Of a stretch of DNA of 64,000 nt, positions 1-10,114 are shown piece by piece. The notes below the pieces were generated by a model. That model ran no database searches. It saw nothing but the letters and a program-made list of their open reading frames with translations, and was not told the origin of the DNA. The stretch comes from a virus, in the IMG/VR virus record IMGVR_UViG_3300026521_000527, positions 32,001 through 96,000 of that record. One strand, 5' to 3'. A program made the position numbers and the translations under genes. Positions within the stretch are counted from its first letter, which is position 1. Every line of letters begins with the position of its first letter.

Positions 1-302
1 CTAGCTTGTTTTTTTAAATAAGCATAACCAGCAGATGTATTCCATTCAATAACAGCTGGTGTAAATCGATGATGCCTATATCCAAATTGATAATACTCTT
101 TAGACATTTCATCAATCCAAGCAGGACCATCATCTCGATGAATTAGATCGAATTTAAATGTTGCTAGAGCATCTTGTTCTTCAGTCTCAATATAAACTGA
201 AGATCTAAAATTATCTGGAGTATGATCCATACCGAACATTTTTGGCATTAATCTTGCTTTTGGGTTGTGTTCTAAACCGAACACTTTATTTTTATTTCCC
301 AT
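1..302 (-). CDS. Hypothetical protein, runs off the left edge; contains an LHRxDGPA-type motif
   Basis: Manual translation from ATG at 302 with SD GGGG: MGNKNKVFGLEHNPKARLMPKMFG...LIHRDDGPAWIDEMSKEYYQFGYRHHRFTPAVIEW...; open to the window edge. The motif resembles the LHREDGPA repeats of large-virus proteins. Confidence 0.65.
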   Translation of the reverse strand, partial: MGNKNKVFGLEHNPKARLMPKMFGMDHTPDNFRSSVYIETEEQDALATFKFDLIHRDDGPAWIDEMSKEYYQFGYRHHRFTPAVIEWNTSAGYAYLKKQA

Positions 303-312
303 TTTTATCCCC
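285..312. repeat. 28-bp direct repeat, copy 1 (SD + first 6 codons, MGNKNK)
   Basis: tttatttttatttcccatttttatcccc at 285-312 is identical to 590-617. Confidence 0.9.
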
Positions 313-341
313 TTTTTTTAAATATAAAAAATAGTTGTTTT

Positions 342-366
342 AGGATCTGCGTAAAACACAGATCCT
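342..366. terminator. Hairpin, possible intrinsic terminator
   Basis: aggatctg-N9-cagatcct between two minus-strand genes; the T-run follows on the plus strand only. Confidence 0.45.
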
Positions 367-370
367 TTTT

Positions 371-607
371 TCATTTTTTAACCGAATTCTTACATCTTTT
401 CGGCAATCCGGTCTTTTTATCGAATATAGGGGCCATTCCTGTATTTAATACAGCTATATACAAAAAATCATGAGAGCAGATTTCTCTACCCTCAACAACA
501 CTAACTTTGTCAGTTTTCATAACAGTATTAATTATTATGAAAATAATGACTGGCATTATTATAATGCCAGTCAATGCTAATATTATCTCTTTATTTTTAT
601 TTCCCAT
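371..607 (-). CDS. Small hypothetical membrane protein
   Basis: 78 aa with N-terminal hydrophobic stretch IILALTGIIIMPVIIFIII; SD upstream. Confidence 0.7.
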   Translation of the reverse strand: MGNKNKEIILALTGIIIMPVIIFIIINTVMKTDKVSVVEGREICSHDFLYIAVLNTGMAPIFDKKTGLPKRCKNSVKK

Positions 608-617
608 TTTTATCCCC
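590..617. repeat. 28-bp direct repeat, copy 2
   Basis: Identical to 285-312. Confidence 0.9.
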
Positions 618-619
618 CC

Positions 620-934
620 TTAAATTTCTGTTAATCTTGATCTCTTGGGATCAAAGTCAAAGACTTTAATCCCTTCCTGGAAGTACGAAAGCTCGCGAAG
701 AGCTTTCACAATATGGATTATAATATCCTCATAATCTATATTGTCTTCACCAATTAGTGGTAGATTAATACCACCACATAAATAACCCTCGTACGGGAGT
801 TGTTCATATTTTACTACAACTCTAATCTTTTTAGACTGGGGGTTGTAGATTTTTATCTCAACCCCCTGACAAGACACCCCTTGGAAGGGTTGTCTTGTGT
901 AATCGACCTCAGTTTTCAATGTGAGGATTTTCAT
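620..934 (-). CDS. Hypothetical protein
   Basis: 104-aa ORF with SD AAGGAG, abutting the downstream gene. Confidence 0.7.
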   Translation of the reverse strand: MKILTLKTEVDYTRQPFQGVSCQGVEIKIYNPQSKKIRVVVKYEQLPYEGYLCGGINLPLIGEDNIDYEDIIIHIVKALRELSYFQEGIKVFDFDPKRSRLTEI

Positions 935-1009
935 CTTTTCTCCTTTAAAAAATAAAAAAAATTAGCCTATTTTGGGCAACCTTAAAGAACTTACCCGATG
1001 TAAGTTCAA

Positions 1010-1027
1010 TATAATTATTTATATACT
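1010..1027 (-). promoter_or_regulatory. Candidate promoter motif AGTATATAAATAATTATA
   Basis: 18-bp identity with 29776-29793 and near-identity with 42166-42182; all intergenic and upstream of minus-strand genes; contains TATAAATA. Confidence 0.45.
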
Positions 1028-1094
1028 AAATTAAGTAATTCTAATTTTTTAGGAGGGGCAAAAACAAAGAGCTGTTATTTCAATATAAAGGAAA

Positions 1095-1985
1095 GTGATG
1101 ACAGATATTGCACCAAATTTAGATAATTTGAATCTCGATCTTCGAGGAACTTGGAATGAAGCAGTTGATACTCAAATTATGCAATTAGCAGAACAGTATA
1201 GTCAAACAGAAAACGTAAAAAATATTTTATTTAATTGGCATAAAAATATTACAACCGGTATTAGATATTCATACAGCCCACATATTAATGGATTCTATAT
1301 GGTTTTTATGCAACATGGAACTTGGTACGACGATTATTTAGCCTATATGAAAGAACATAAAAGTGGAGATAGTTTAACACTAAGTCAGCTCCCAGACACA
1401 AATTTCGATTTAAAAAAAACATTTCCAATTTTAGCAACAGATATAGATCTTCCAGATATTACTAAAGAATATATTACTGTATCAAGTAGACTTAGAAATA
1501 GTTTCGTGGCGGCAAGAGATTACTTTGTGTCAGATTTCACTGTAAGTTATATTGAAAATATAAATATGGATGTTATGCGATATCATGAAGCATGGAATAA
1601 ATATATCACTCTTGCTAAAACAGGAGCACTTAATAATAAATCTAATATTTTAAATTGCAGTACTCAAAAACTCAATAGTGATTATTTTATAGATGTTCCT
1701 TATGCTAATGCTATTTGGATTGCAGTCTTTAAACCATTTACAACAGATATACAACTCCTTATAAAAATCATGGGAGTAATGCCAGTCAATAATCCATTAA
1801 AACAACTCATTGGTAATAGAAGTCAGTCAAAAATGACTGTACTGAATTTATCTTATAAAGGTGCAGATATGTTTTATAAATTTTATGATGGAACTGAGCA
1901 AGTTTATAATGATCCTGGTGTTTTAGCAACATCATTTAAAAGGGAAATACTTGATCTTGAGGCAAACGCCTATACTAAAAAATAA
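1095..1985 (+). CDS. Tail tube / tube-initiator-like structural protein (T4 gp19/gp54-like fold)
   Basis: Pattern ATDIDLPD...FTVSYIEN...YHEAW...IKIMGVMP...LNLSY is typical of the tube fold; first gene of the structural operon, before the baseplate wedge. Confidence 0.5.
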   Translation: MMTDIAPNLDNLNLDLRGTWNEAVDTQIMQLAEQYSQTENVKNILFNWHKNITTGIRYSYSPHINGFYMVFMQHGTWYDDYLAYMKEHKSGDSLTLSQLPDTNFDLKKTFPILATDIDLPDITKEYITVSSRLRNSFVAARDYFVSDFTVSYIENINMDVMRYHEAWNKYITLAKTGALNNKSNILNCSTQKLNSDYFIDVPYANAIWIAVFKPFTTDIQLLIKIMGVMPVNNPLKQLIGNRSQSKMTVLNLSYKGADMFYKFYDGTEQVYNDPGVLATSFKREILDLEANAYTKK

Positions 1986-2002
1986 AAAGGAAACGAGTAA
2001 TA

Positions 2003-4459
2003 ATGCAATCTACATTTAATCAAACTCTTGATAAATATGAAGATATCGTTCGTATAAATATGAAAGTTACGAACCCAACTCTTCTTAAATCGGGGACGCT
2101 TGGAGTTATTACTAACTATATAGCTAATTTAAAATTCGATACTTATCAGTACTATACTAAAATTTTTAAAGAAATGAATATAGGATTGGCTGAGGATTTT
2201 AAAAGTCTTCTTTTCCATAGCACAATATACGATACAGAAATCGAATTGGCGAAGCCAGCGACTTTCGGAGTTAGTTTTATTATACCTGAGATTAACCTCA
2301 GTGAAATTAAGTACTTAAAATACATTATTCCAAAGAATAAAGAATTTACATCAAGAGAAGGAATCCCTTTTATAATCGAAGATGAAATAATTATTGAAAT
2401 AAGTCAGAATAATATTATAGCGTATACTTGGAGTGAGATTAATGGTAAACAGGAATTGACTGTCATTAATACTCAGAATCCCAACTCCCCAGGAACGACA
2501 GTAAATCTAATAAATTATAATAATGTTAGACAGTATCAAAGAACATTTTATAAATTTATAGTCCCAAAATATGATGTCGGGGAGACTTTTAACTTCAGTG
2601 TTACAATTCAAGATTATAAAATGTTTAAGAAATTAAATGCATGGTATAATCCAGATCCAAAAAATAATCCAATTAAATTATTCGAATTGCAAAATCAAAA
2701 CTCAGAAGACATAATGAGTTTATTTGAACTCAAAGATTTTGATATAAAATATTATAATTATGGATCTTCTAGATATGATCTTGACTTATTTTTAGATATC
2801 CAGCCAACTTCATTAAGATTAACGACTGGTAATGGTATTAATGGAATGCTTTTGCAACCAGATTCTGAAATAATAATTGAGAGTCAATTAACGCTAGGTG
2901 AGCAAGGAAATTTACCAAACATGGAATTTCTAGTTGAAGATATAATTATCCAAGAATTCAATCTAGATAATAAAATTCAATCTTACACTGGAAATATTAA
3001 TGGATTATCTATTGCTGGCGGAACTGGTGGTCAGAATATTCAAGATGTTAAAGATATTCGTAGAAATATATTTGATAAAATATCAACACGAAATTCAATT
3101 ATAACCGAAAATGATTATGAGAAATCATTTGCTTATAATGGAGTTGAGCCTTTTGTCGATGCGAAATTTATAGATGCAAAATCATATATATTTTTATTTA
3201 ATGTATTAAAATCGCAAGATATTATTATTGACACAACCTCAATAAATATTCAAGAGTATATTATAGCAAATGATCCGTTCTATCCAAAATACGATTACAA
3301 TGGAAAAGAATTAATATCTCCCTTTTATTTTAAAAGAGTAAATACTAATGAAACTGAGGGATATATTGTCAATCCAGATGTAATATTAACTTTAACTTCT
3401 CCTGCTGGGACACCGAAAGAAACATCAATTGAATATTTAGTAAGCCTAAGTATTCAATATGACTTCAGTGCCAGAAAAACATATATAACCATTAAAGATG
3501 GTGCTAAATCAGGAACTACTTATAATTTTAAAAGTTCTGTGTTCAACTGCACTCTAGACTTTGGTAATAATTATAAATATGAAGTTAATACTAGATACAC
3601 AGATACGTATTGTATTATTAGAGACATCCTTAGAGATGTTCGTCTAGATGTTTATAATGAAGACGGTGCTTTTATTACAACATATTATGCTTTCGGTGAG
3701 TGGACACAATTAATAAAAAAACAGACATTTTTTAAATATTATAAGCATATTCCAGAACTAGAAGGTGTTGATGTTTATACGTCAGATGATGCATATTCGT
3801 ATTTGGATAATGCATTGGCAGATATATTAAACGATATTAATGAATTGGTGGCGGCCACTAAAGACCAAGGAGATGTTCCGTACTTATTAAGAGTTCCGTT
3901 CATAGACATTGAATTTTTTAATAGAACAGACTGGTTGGAATTTTATAGGTTAATTGATAATTTTTTTATGGTGGATTCATTGTATCCTAGAATTTCGTAC
4001 AATACGCGTGTTGCTCAAGCATTTTATAATACAATTGACATACCTGAGGTTTACCAACCGCTAATTTTTAAACAAACGTCTATGGGGGTAATGGATAAAC
4101 CCAAAATGAATGTTGAATTGGGCATAGTGATCGATGAGCAAAATCTTCTTTTATCAAAATTCAATAGTATTTTTGATTTTGAGATAGAAGTAAAATTAGA
4201 CATTGTAAATTATTTAAAAGACTATGAAGGTTTCAAAGTTGAGTTTTTTGAGACTGAACTCGAGACTTTTTTATACGGAAAATATAATTCGATAATTAGA
4301 AATATAGAATTAAAAAGTCCAAAGATGTTTAAAATTAACTCAGCTGATGAAATTTTTGCATTGATTAATGAAAATTTAGACTTAGATCATATGTTAAATT
4401 TCGTACCGAATTATTTTTCATATGATTATAATTCAATTCATATAGATATTACAACTTAG
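2003..4459 (+). CDS. Baseplate wedge subunit (T4 gp6/baseplate-J-like)
   Basis: 818 aa; LTTGNGING and AGGTGGQNIQDVKDIRRNI...RNSIITENDYEK match the conserved gp6/J segment. Confidence 0.7.
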   Translation: MQSTFNQTLDKYEDIVRINMKVTNPTLLKSGTLGVITNYIANLKFDTYQYYTKIFKEMNIGLAEDFKSLLFHSTIYDTEIELAKPATFGVSFIIPEINLSEIKYLKYIIPKNKEFTSREGIPFIIEDEIIIEISQNNIIAYTWSEINGKQELTVINTQNPNSPGTTVNLINYNNVRQYQRTFYKFIVPKYDVGETFNFSVTIQDYKMFKKLNAWYNPDPKNNPIKLFELQNQNSEDIMSLFELKDFDIKYYNYGSSRYDLDLFLDIQPTSLRLTTGNGINGMLLQPDSEIIIESQLTLGEQGNLPNMEFLVEDIIIQEFNLDNKIQSYTGNINGLSIAGGTGGQNIQDVKDIRRNIFDKISTRNSIITENDYEKSFAYNGVEPFVDAKFIDAKSYIFLFNVLKSQDIIIDTTSINIQEYIIANDPFYPKYDYNGKELISPFYFKRVNTNETEGYIVNPDVILTLTSPAGTPKETSIEYLVSLSIQYDFSARKTYITIKDGAKSGTTYNFKSSVFNCTLDFGNNYKYEVNTRYTDTYCIIRDILRDVRLDVYNEDGAFITTYYAFGEWTQLIKKQTFFKYYKHIPELEGVDVYTSDDAYSYLDNALADILNDINELVAATKDQGDVPYLLRVPFIDIEFFNRTDWLEFYRLIDNFFMVDSLYPRISYNTRVAQAFYNTIDIPEVYQPLIFKQTSMGVMDKPKMNVELGIVIDEQNLLLSKFNSIFDFEIEVKLDIVNYLKDYEGFKVEFFETELETFLYGKYNSIIRNIELKSPKMFKINSADEIFALINENLDLDHMLNFVPNYFSYDYNSIHIDITT

Positions 4460-4477
4460 AATAGGAGATGACCAGAT

Positions 4478-7400
4478 ATGGCAGATTTTGATAATAGTAT
4501 AGAAGATTATGGAAATGATACACAGACAGATTCATCAGGTGATGCATACCTTGACCAATCTGTTAGCTCGATGACTATTGAAGATTTAAAAAATTATATA
4601 GATTATTTAATTACCAGAAGTGGAATATTAACGGCTGATGAAATAGAGGCTAAAGTTCAAGAAATTGCCAGAGCATCTGGTATGATGTCAGTGCAGGAAA
4701 TTCAAAATCTAGTAATGCTTACGCTAAATAATGCTCAAGCTTTGACTAGAGATACTGCTGAAGAAATAATCAATCTTAAAGTTGCTAAAGCAATCCTTGA
4801 TTTAAATGATAATAAAGATTTTATCGCTGATGTAAAATCTCAATTAGAGTTAGAAATAAACAGAGTTCGTGAAGAACTCAATTCAGCTAGAAATGATTTC
4901 CAAGCAACTGAAGATGACTTGGAATTGGTAAAACAAGAGTTCAAATTCAACCAAGAGAATGTAAAAAGAAGTCTAAATCTTTTCGAAAGTCTTTTGAATA
5001 GTTCTCTTGAAAATAAAGAAGTTTATAATTTATTATCAATTGAAAGAAATACAAGAGCTACTCAGATTGATGAAGTTAGAACAGATATTTCTACAATCGA
5101 GTCAAAATTAACTGAAACATTTAATAGTATAGAAAAAAAGTTAAATTCCCAAGGCAATCTTTTTAAAATCCAGGATACTAACCTTAAAAATACTCTTGAT
5201 ATTCTTAAAACAGAATTCGAGGGCAAAATTAAGTTAATTGAGAATGAAGTTCGTGATGCTGGTGAGATGCTAAGTAGTCTAATGCTTAGCACATCTGATT
5301 TAACATCGAAACTTCAAGCAATTAACTCAATCGATATGACTGAAGATGGTAATGTAATAATTGCATTCCAAGATCAAGTTGATGGGATTCAAACAGATAT
5401 TAATAATTTAACTATAGAATTACAAGAAGCAGTAAGTAATCTCACGCAAGCTAGTTCTAAATTTTCGGATTTAGAGTCAAATGTTCAAAATGAACTCATT
5501 GCTAATAAAACTCTTTTGGTTTCTGAGCTTTCGAATATCAGTGGGCGTCTAGATATGGAAACTCAAGATAGAAAATCACATGATAATGCTATTTTAAACG
5601 CTTGGGTAGATTACACAACAGATGTTAATTCTAAAATCCAATTAATGAATTCAGAAATTAATAAACTTAGTACTCAACTAAATGAATTCCCTAGAGTTCT
5701 TGATGAACTTATTCAAGTTGAGCAAGAAGTTAGAATTAAATCTGATGAGACTCTTTTGACTAAAATGAATGTCGAGCTTCAAAAAATTAGAGATAATATT
5801 GATAATACAACCCTAAGAACAGATATTGAATTACTTAGCCAAAGATTATCAAGAGCAATTGAGAAGTATGATAAAGCAATTGTTCAAGAAATCAAGCTTA
5901 TGTTTGATACAATAAATAATGAACTTGTTAATGTAAAGAGTGATATTGAACTCAATAAATCAATTCAAAATGGAAATCTTAGAACTGAATCTACTTTAAG
6001 AGAACAAGGCGATTCAAATCTAAATCAATTGATTCAATTAGAGTCAAGTATTCGTCAAACGAGGGTTCAAGAAATAACTAATCTGGCTAATAAATTAGCT
6101 GAAGATGTTAATAGGCTTCAAATTGCAGTAGGTTCTGGAGATAATACTAATATACAAGATGCTGTTGATTCATTAAATGCCAGATATTTAAATGTTTTTA
6201 ATACAATTAATGAGTCTAAAGATAAATTTACAAAAGATATTACTAAATTAACTCTAGATTTTAAAAATCTGGATGATATCGTAACTACATTCAAAGAAAC
6301 ACTTCTTGATAATATTAAATCAGAAGCTGACGCAAGACTCGCAGGTGACAATGGAATTCAAGTGATTCTTAATAAATTATTGACTGATTTTAATAATTTT
6401 ATTGGTATTCTGGATCCTTCGAAAGTTAGTCTATCTAAAGTTTATGATACTATTGAGTCAGTCAGAACTGAACTCAATAAATTTAAAATAGATTTCGATG
6501 ACAATATCGAGTTAAAAATCAACTTAATCAATACATCTCTTGATGAAATTAAAAATACTCAAAGAGCTTATTCTAAAGATATTCAAACCGAAATACAGGC
6601 TAGAGAGACAGCTGACTTGAACTTAGATTCTAAAATTAGAATTGTAGATAATAAATTACCTGAATTAAGAGCAGAATTGAGTTCAGAATTAAGAATTCTT
6701 GAGTCAAATCTAACTGATTCAGTAAGTAAATTGACAAGCGACTTAGCTATTGAAACACAGGTGCGTGAAGATGGAGATGCTTCAAGAGAAGCTGATTTCA
6801 ATGCTTTTAAAGATAACGTTGATCTTAAACTAAATAATTTTAATACCGCTCTAAGTACTGAGCAAGCCGACAGATTAAATAGCATATCTGATCTTACTAA
6901 TTCAATCAATAGAGAAGTTCAAGAAAGAACAGAAGTTGTTACTAATATTGAAATAGCTATCGCTAATGAAACACAAGCAAGAGCCAAAGGTGATGCCGAT
7001 CTTAAAAAATTAATCCAAGCACAGAACGCTACAATTCAAAGTATTCTATCAAGTGAAAGTGAAATAGATCTTGAAAACCTCCAAGCAGTTTTAGATATTG
7101 TAAAATATTTAAATGAAAATCCAGACGCTAATCCAACAGCCGAACTTCTAGAAGGGTTGCATTCAATAGAAGAAAATTTAACAACTTTAGTTGAAAATGA
7201 AGCTCAGTTAAGAACACAAGCCGATGGTATTTTAGACGGTAAAATTGGATCATTGAATTCAAAAGTTCTTGAAGAAGCTCAAAAGAATATAGAAGAATTC
7301 AGTAGAGTTAGAAATGAACTTAACACATCTGTTCAAGATTTAATTACTAAAATAGATGCTAGCCTTGTATCAGCAACTGATTTAATTAATACTGAAAAAC

Positions 7401-9097
7401 AAGATAGATTATCAAGTGAAGCTGATATAATTTCAACGATCACTACTGAAACAACAAGAGCACAAGATAAAGAAAATGAGTTATTGGCTTCAATTGGTGA
7501 CGAGCAAAGAGCTAGGATAGAAGCTGATAATATAATTTCAAATGAGTTAAGTAACACCCAAACTAATGTTTCCGAATTATATACAAGAATGAGTACACAA
7601 GAAGCAAATTACGGTGCTCTAATTGATGGGTTACCGGATGATGTTAAAAATCTAAAAGATCTTCTTGATATAATTAATGGAAATTATACAAATATTACTA
7701 CCAGAATTGATAATGAAGTAACTGATTTAACCGATGGGATTAATTCAAATAAGAATTCAATTCAAGCTGAAGTATCCGCTAGACTACTTGGAGATAGTGA
7801 ATTACATGATGCTCTTGATGATTTTAAAGAAGAGTTCCAAAACACTCAAGATGAAATAAATTCTAAAATAGATGACGAAGCTGCTGCAAGAATCAATAGA
7901 GATAATAGTTTACAAGATAGTATTACTGCGGTTGAGAATGTTAATGCTGAACAGGCAGAATCAATAGAAGCTAATGATTTAGCAATAGCTAATGAAATTA
8001 ATAATAGAATTGATCATTTCAATAAATTCTTGACGTTGAATGAGGATTATACTACAGAAAACCCAGCTGTACTAAAAGATGTAACTGGATTTGATACTGT
8101 TGAAGATCTAGATACAGCTTATAAAAATAGATTCGGGACAATCGAAGACAATATAACTTCTATTGATACTAGAGTTCAAGATAACTCTACAGCAATATCT
8201 ACAAACGCCGATAATATTTCTAAAGAAATCCAGGATAGACAAGACGCTGATGAAACACTTGATACTAGAATTACTGACGAAACATCAGCGATAAAATCTG
8301 ATTTAAATAATACTAAAGATAGAGTTGGGACACTTGAAACTGAAGTTAATGAAATATTAAAAGACGCTGATGATACAGCAAATAGTTTTAAAGAGATTAA
8401 AACTATAATTGATGATAATAAATCAGATATTGAGACTAAGTTAGGTGATACTAAATCAGAATTACAAGATAATATCGATAATAATTCATCTAGAATTGAT
8501 TCTGAAGAAACTTCAAGAATCAATGGAGATAATAATCTTAACTCTAAAATAGATGATGAAATTACTGATAGACAAGATGCTGATGACGCTTTGGATACTA
8601 AAATTAGTGATGAAGCAACAGCCAGAAATGATGCGGATGACGCATTACAATCAAGTATCAATGATGAAGTTTCTGCAAGAAAATCAGCGGATGATTCATT
8701 GCAAGCAAATATAGATGCATTGCCTAAGAAATTTATTGATTTATATGATGTTGATGATGTTACTGATCATGAAAATTATTTAGTGCAATTGAACTCTGAC
8801 GCGACAGGAGTAGAATTTATTTCTATCCAGGCAGTTCAAAGACCAATTAGACTAGACAAAATTTTAGAAGAAGAAGACATTACTGAGACAAAATATGTCG
8901 TTGAAGATGATACTGAGACTGATAAGATAGATAAAATAACTTTTGGTAATAATTATTACACAGTCTATAGTTACAATACAGATGATTTATTGACAGCTAT
9001 TGATTATTATGATCCAGATGATAATAATGTAGCTACTAAATCATTTACATATAATGATAATAATAGATTGGATACTATTACTTGGGAAAATAAATAA
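4478..9097 (+). CDS. Long acidic coiled-coil fibre protein
   Basis: 1539 aa; many E-x-x-x-R-x-x-[AG]-D-x-x-L repeats with ~18-aa period near the C-terminus; C-terminal FIDLYDV...LVQLNSDATGVEF fibre-type motif; structural operon context. Confidence 0.65.
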   Translation: MADFDNSIEDYGNDTQTDSSGDAYLDQSVSSMTIEDLKNYIDYLITRSGILTADEIEAKVQEIARASGMMSVQEIQNLVMLTLNNAQALTRDTAEEIINLKVAKAILDLNDNKDFIADVKSQLELEINRVREELNSARNDFQATEDDLELVKQEFKFNQENVKRSLNLFESLLNSSLENKEVYNLLSIERNTRATQIDEVRTDISTIESKLTETFNSIEKKLNSQGNLFKIQDTNLKNTLDILKTEFEGKIKLIENEVRDAGEMLSSLMLSTSDLTSKLQAINSIDMTEDGNVIIAFQDQVDGIQTDINNLTIELQEAVSNLTQASSKFSDLESNVQNELIANKTLLVSELSNISGRLDMETQDRKSHDNAILNAWVDYTTDVNSKIQLMNSEINKLSTQLNEFPRVLDELIQVEQEVRIKSDETLLTKMNVELQKIRDNIDNTTLRTDIELLSQRLSRAIEKYDKAIVQEIKLMFDTINNELVNVKSDIELNKSIQNGNLRTESTLREQGDSNLNQLIQLESSIRQTRVQEITNLANKLAEDVNRLQIAVGSGDNTNIQDAVDSLNARYLNVFNTINESKDKFTKDITKLTLDFKNLDDIVTTFKETLLDNIKSEADARLAGDNGIQVILNKLLTDFNNFIGILDPSKVSLSKVYDTIESVRTELNKFKIDFDDNIELKINLINTSLDEIKNTQRAYSKDIQTEIQARETADLNLDSKIRIVDNKLPELRAELSSELRILESNLTDSVSKLTSDLAIETQVREDGDASREADFNAFKDNVDLKLNNFNTALSTEQADRLNSISDLTNSINREVQERTEVVTNIEIAIANETQARAKGDADLKKLIQAQNATIQSILSSESEIDLENLQAVLDIVKYLNENPDANPTAELLEGLHSIEENLTTLVENEAQLRTQADGILDGKIGSLNSKVLEEAQKNIEEFSRVRNELNTSVQDLITKIDASLVSATDLINTEKQDRLSSEADIISTITTETTRAQDKENELLASIGDEQRARIEADNIISNELSNTQTNVSELYTRMSTQEANYGALIDGLPDDVKNLKDLLDIINGNYTNITTRIDNEVTDLTDGINSNKNSIQAEVSARLLGDSELHDALDDFKEEFQNTQDEINSKIDDEAAARINRDNSLQDSITAVENVNAEQAESIEANDLAIANEINNRIDHFNKFLTLNEDYTTENPAVLKDVTGFDTVEDLDTAYKNRFGTIEDNITSIDTRVQDNSTAISTNADNISKEIQDRQDADETLDTRITDETSAIKSDLNNTKDRVGTLETEVNEILKDADDTANSFKEIKTIIDDNKSDIETKLGDTKSELQDNIDNNSSRIDSEETSRINGDNNLNSKIDDEITDRQDADDALDTKISDEATARNDADDALQSSINDEVSARKSADDSLQANIDALPKKFIDLYDVDDVTDHENYLVQLNSDATGVEFISIQAVQRPIRLDKILEEEDITETKYVVEDDTETDKIDKITFGNNYYTVYSYNTDDLLTAIDYYDPDDNNVATKSFTYNDNNRLDTITWENK

Positions 9098-9112
9098 AAA
9101 TAAGGAGAATTA

Positions 9113-9367
9113 ATGCAGGAAGGTATTTCGATATCGAATCATAACGACCTTGTTGGTTTTAAAACCAACAAGGATCAAATTCTCCTTAATGTTGAAAAAA
9201 TTTATTCAGATGGTAATACAGATGGCCTTTTACCTTATTATTTAAAAGACGAAATTGATTTAGCTTTATCCAATATCGAGGATCAATTTAATAACATTAT
9301 TGATTTATTAAATTCTTTGGATGAACGAGTTCAAGCTCTAGAAGATGCAGAGGAAGATGATGGCTAA
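9113..9367 (+). CDS. Hypothetical protein (virion operon)
   Basis: 84 aa with SD AAGGAG. Confidence 0.7.
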   Translation: MQEGISISNHNDLVGFKTNKDQILLNVEKIYSDGNTDGLLPYYLKDEIDLALSNIEDQFNNIIDLLNSLDERVQALEDAEEDDG

Positions 9368-10076
9368 TTTTACTGGTGATATTAATGAATTGATAGAACT
9401 AGTAGCTGAGAAGAATAAGAAATATGTTGATTCAAATATCAATAGTTCATTAGCTGCTCAGGCGAAAGTCTTTCAAAAGGAAATTGAAAAAGATTTAAGC
9501 AAATTAGCTTCATTAATTCAAGCTCTAGAAGATATTGAATATGAAGATGGTGATGTTGATCCAGAGGATATTATTGCTGAAATAGCTGTTGTTCGGGCAA
9601 CAGCCGAAGCAAACACCCAGGAATTGGTAGACCTTAGAGAAGCTTTAGCTAATGAAGTTAAAGCTAGAATAAATTTAATGTATAGTGAATCGTTGACCGA
9701 AGATGATTTCAATGATACTAAATATAAAACTATATTAGAGTTAAGTTCCAACTTAACTCTTTTAGAAAGAATCGTTCAAGATATTGATGATGCAGTATCA
9801 GGCGATATACATCAGGTCCCAGCTGATTGGAATCAAGAAGACGAAACAGCAAGAGATTATATTAAAAATAAACCACAGATTCCGAAAATTATAAGATCAA
9901 TTTATAATTTTTATGAATTCCTCGATAATGATATTATTCGATATGATGTTTTTGGAGATACGAATTCTTGGAAAGTTGAGCGTTTTTCAACACAAACCAA
10001 CTCAATTAAAATATCAACTGGTTCAGGTGAAATACCTGATACTTTAGCTGATTGTCAAGTTCTTGAGTACAATTAA
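9345..10076 (+). CDS. Hypothetical fibre-associated protein (true start probably 9357/9360)
   Basis: Coiled-coil N-half; ADWNQEDETARDYIKNKPQIP resembles the DW...DYIKNKP motif of phage fibre proteins. Confidence 0.65.
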   Translation: MQRKMMANFTGDINELIELVAEKNKKYVDSNINSSLAAQAKVFQKEIEKDLSKLASLIQALEDIEYEDGDVDPEDIIAEIAVVRATAEANTQELVDLREALANEVKARINLMYSESLTEDDFNDTKYKTILELSSNLTLLERIVQDIDDAVSGDIHQVPADWNQEDETARDYIKNKPQIPKIIRSIYNFYEFLDNDIIRYDVFGDTNSWKVERFSTQTNSIKISTGSGEIPDTLADCQVLEYN

Positions 10077-10114
10077 ATTTATATTTATTTAAAGGAAGAA
10101 TATTACATTAAGGA

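Noticed and set aside
5062-8661. Several minus-strand ORFs (5062, 6118, 6583, 7333, 8176) and other short ORFs antisense to or nested in long genes throughout the window
   Set aside because: Shadow frames of long genes; S/L/I-rich composition, no SD and no motifs.
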